This document shows, one piece after another, positions 63,101 to 64,000 of a stretch of DNA of 64,000 nt. Every line of letters begins with the position of its first letter. Position 1 is the first letter of the stretch. The notes beneath the pieces are model-generated. The model was not told where the DNA came from and did no database searches. It worked only from the letters and a program-made list of their open reading frames with translations. This stretch comes from Peribolospora baueri (taxonomy: Eukaryota): contig JAMDHS010000040.1 in assembly GCA_029717555.1 (NCBI GenBank), positions 62,001-126,000 of the forward strand. The letters run 5' to 3'. The position numbers and the translations under genes were made by a program.

Positions 63101-64000
63101 AACTATCATGGCAAGGGCGTGGACATTGCCATCGCCGCCGTGACTGCCGAGCGTGAGTGGACCAGTTGTCCGTCTTGGCTAGGAAGGGGGAGACCGCGGG
63201 CTGAACCGGCGGTCGTGTCACTTCGATGCTTTCAGTCGGCTTCCTCGGATCGCCTGTGTCCACTCACGTCCAGAGTGCCGAGATGCATAATCAGGCCGTC
63301 AACTCTCTGGCCCTTATCTCAGCCCGCAAGACAGTCGAAGCCGTCGAGGCGCTTTCAATGGTACGTTTCGCACTTTGAGGATGGCCTGGGTGCGTCTATG
63401 GTCCGCTGACTATCTGCCGACTTTCTCGCACCGTAGATGCTTTCCTGGGCGCTTTACCTGCTTTGCCAAGCCGTTGACCTGCGTGCGCTACAAAAAAGGG
63501 TCTCGACCCAGTTGGAGAGGTACGTGGTCGACTCGGTCAAAGCCCGCTTCGGCGACCTATGGGGCCCGGCCGAAGCCGCCATTGCGGCCGCGAAGGTTTA
63601 CCATCGCCTCGCGAAGCGTCTCGCGGAGACGACCACAATGGACCTCAAGGAGAGAATGGCAGACTCGTGCGCATTCGCGAGCTACGAGCTCTTGGAGAGG
63701 TGAGTTTGGAGCTCTGTCTAGCTGCATTTTCCCCATCGCGCAATGTCCGCTGAAGGTTTGGTCGTCGTGACAGGTGTGAGCAGGGTGCCAAGGCGGGCGC
63801 CAGCGACGCATGGGACGCTGTGACGGCCGCCTTTGCTTGCCGCGACGAGTGGGCCGCGTACGGGGAGCGACTCTTCCTGTCCGAGACAGAGGCTTTGCTC
63901 TCCTCCCCGTGCTCTTGTCACGCTGCGCCGCTGCTCGGCCGCACGCGCACAGTGTACGAGTACGTGCGCAAGGAGCTTGGCGTGCCCGTGCACGGCATGG
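60102..64000 (+). CDS. PAL: Phenylalanine (tyrosine) ammonia-lyase, MIO-dependent; 3'-truncated by the window end
   Basis: [56 protein letters not shown] (ASG 61625-61633), [62 protein letters not shown]. Confidence 0.97.

Noticed and set aside
51683..64000. Fungal bioluminescence cluster (hispS/h3h/luz/cph)
   Set aside because: No luciferase, hydroxylase or caffeylpyruvate hydrolase is in the window, and the extra R domain differs from HispS.
60102..64000. Histidine ammonia-lyase or aminomutase rather than PAL
   Set aside because: GFGGSAD, QHQ, AEMHNQ and the C-terminal shielding-domain insert match fungal PAL/TAL, whereas HAL has an SH pair. Mutase side activity cannot be excluded from sequence.

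Overview
Intron-rich, GC-rich fungal genomic DNA, most likely a basidiomycete. Evidence is GT..AG introns (GTGAG/GTAAG donors, CTGAC-like branch points), a Rhodotorula-type PAL and an MP88-like mannoprotein; the exact taxon cannot be determined. Bases 1-49.6 kb form a compact housekeeping block, mostly head-to-head pairs: GTPBP-N-like, BTB protein, IQGAP, small orphan, glucosidase II beta, bL31m, zeta-COP, NDUFB9, GCP3/Spc98, Cns1, two Pif1 helicases, EMC6, Sfh1, MP88-like GPI protein, CLPTM1, proteasome alpha2, AKTIP-like UEV, Rheb and an intron-containing tRNA-Pro(CGG). After the tRNA come a decayed Ty3/Gypsy relic and an 18-bp tandem repeat. These are followed by a putative secondary-metabolite locus: an A-T-KS-AT-T-R NRPS-like/PKS hybrid (hispidin-synthase-like core plus terminal reductase) transcribed divergently from a phenylalanine/tyrosine ammonia-lyase that runs off the window end. 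A second highlight is a Pif1 paralog that appears spliced in frame to an N-terminal RNase H1-type RNA:DNA hybrid-binding domain. Gene models were spliced by eye, so coordinates are start-to-stop spans including introns, and family calls come from motif recognition, not database searches.
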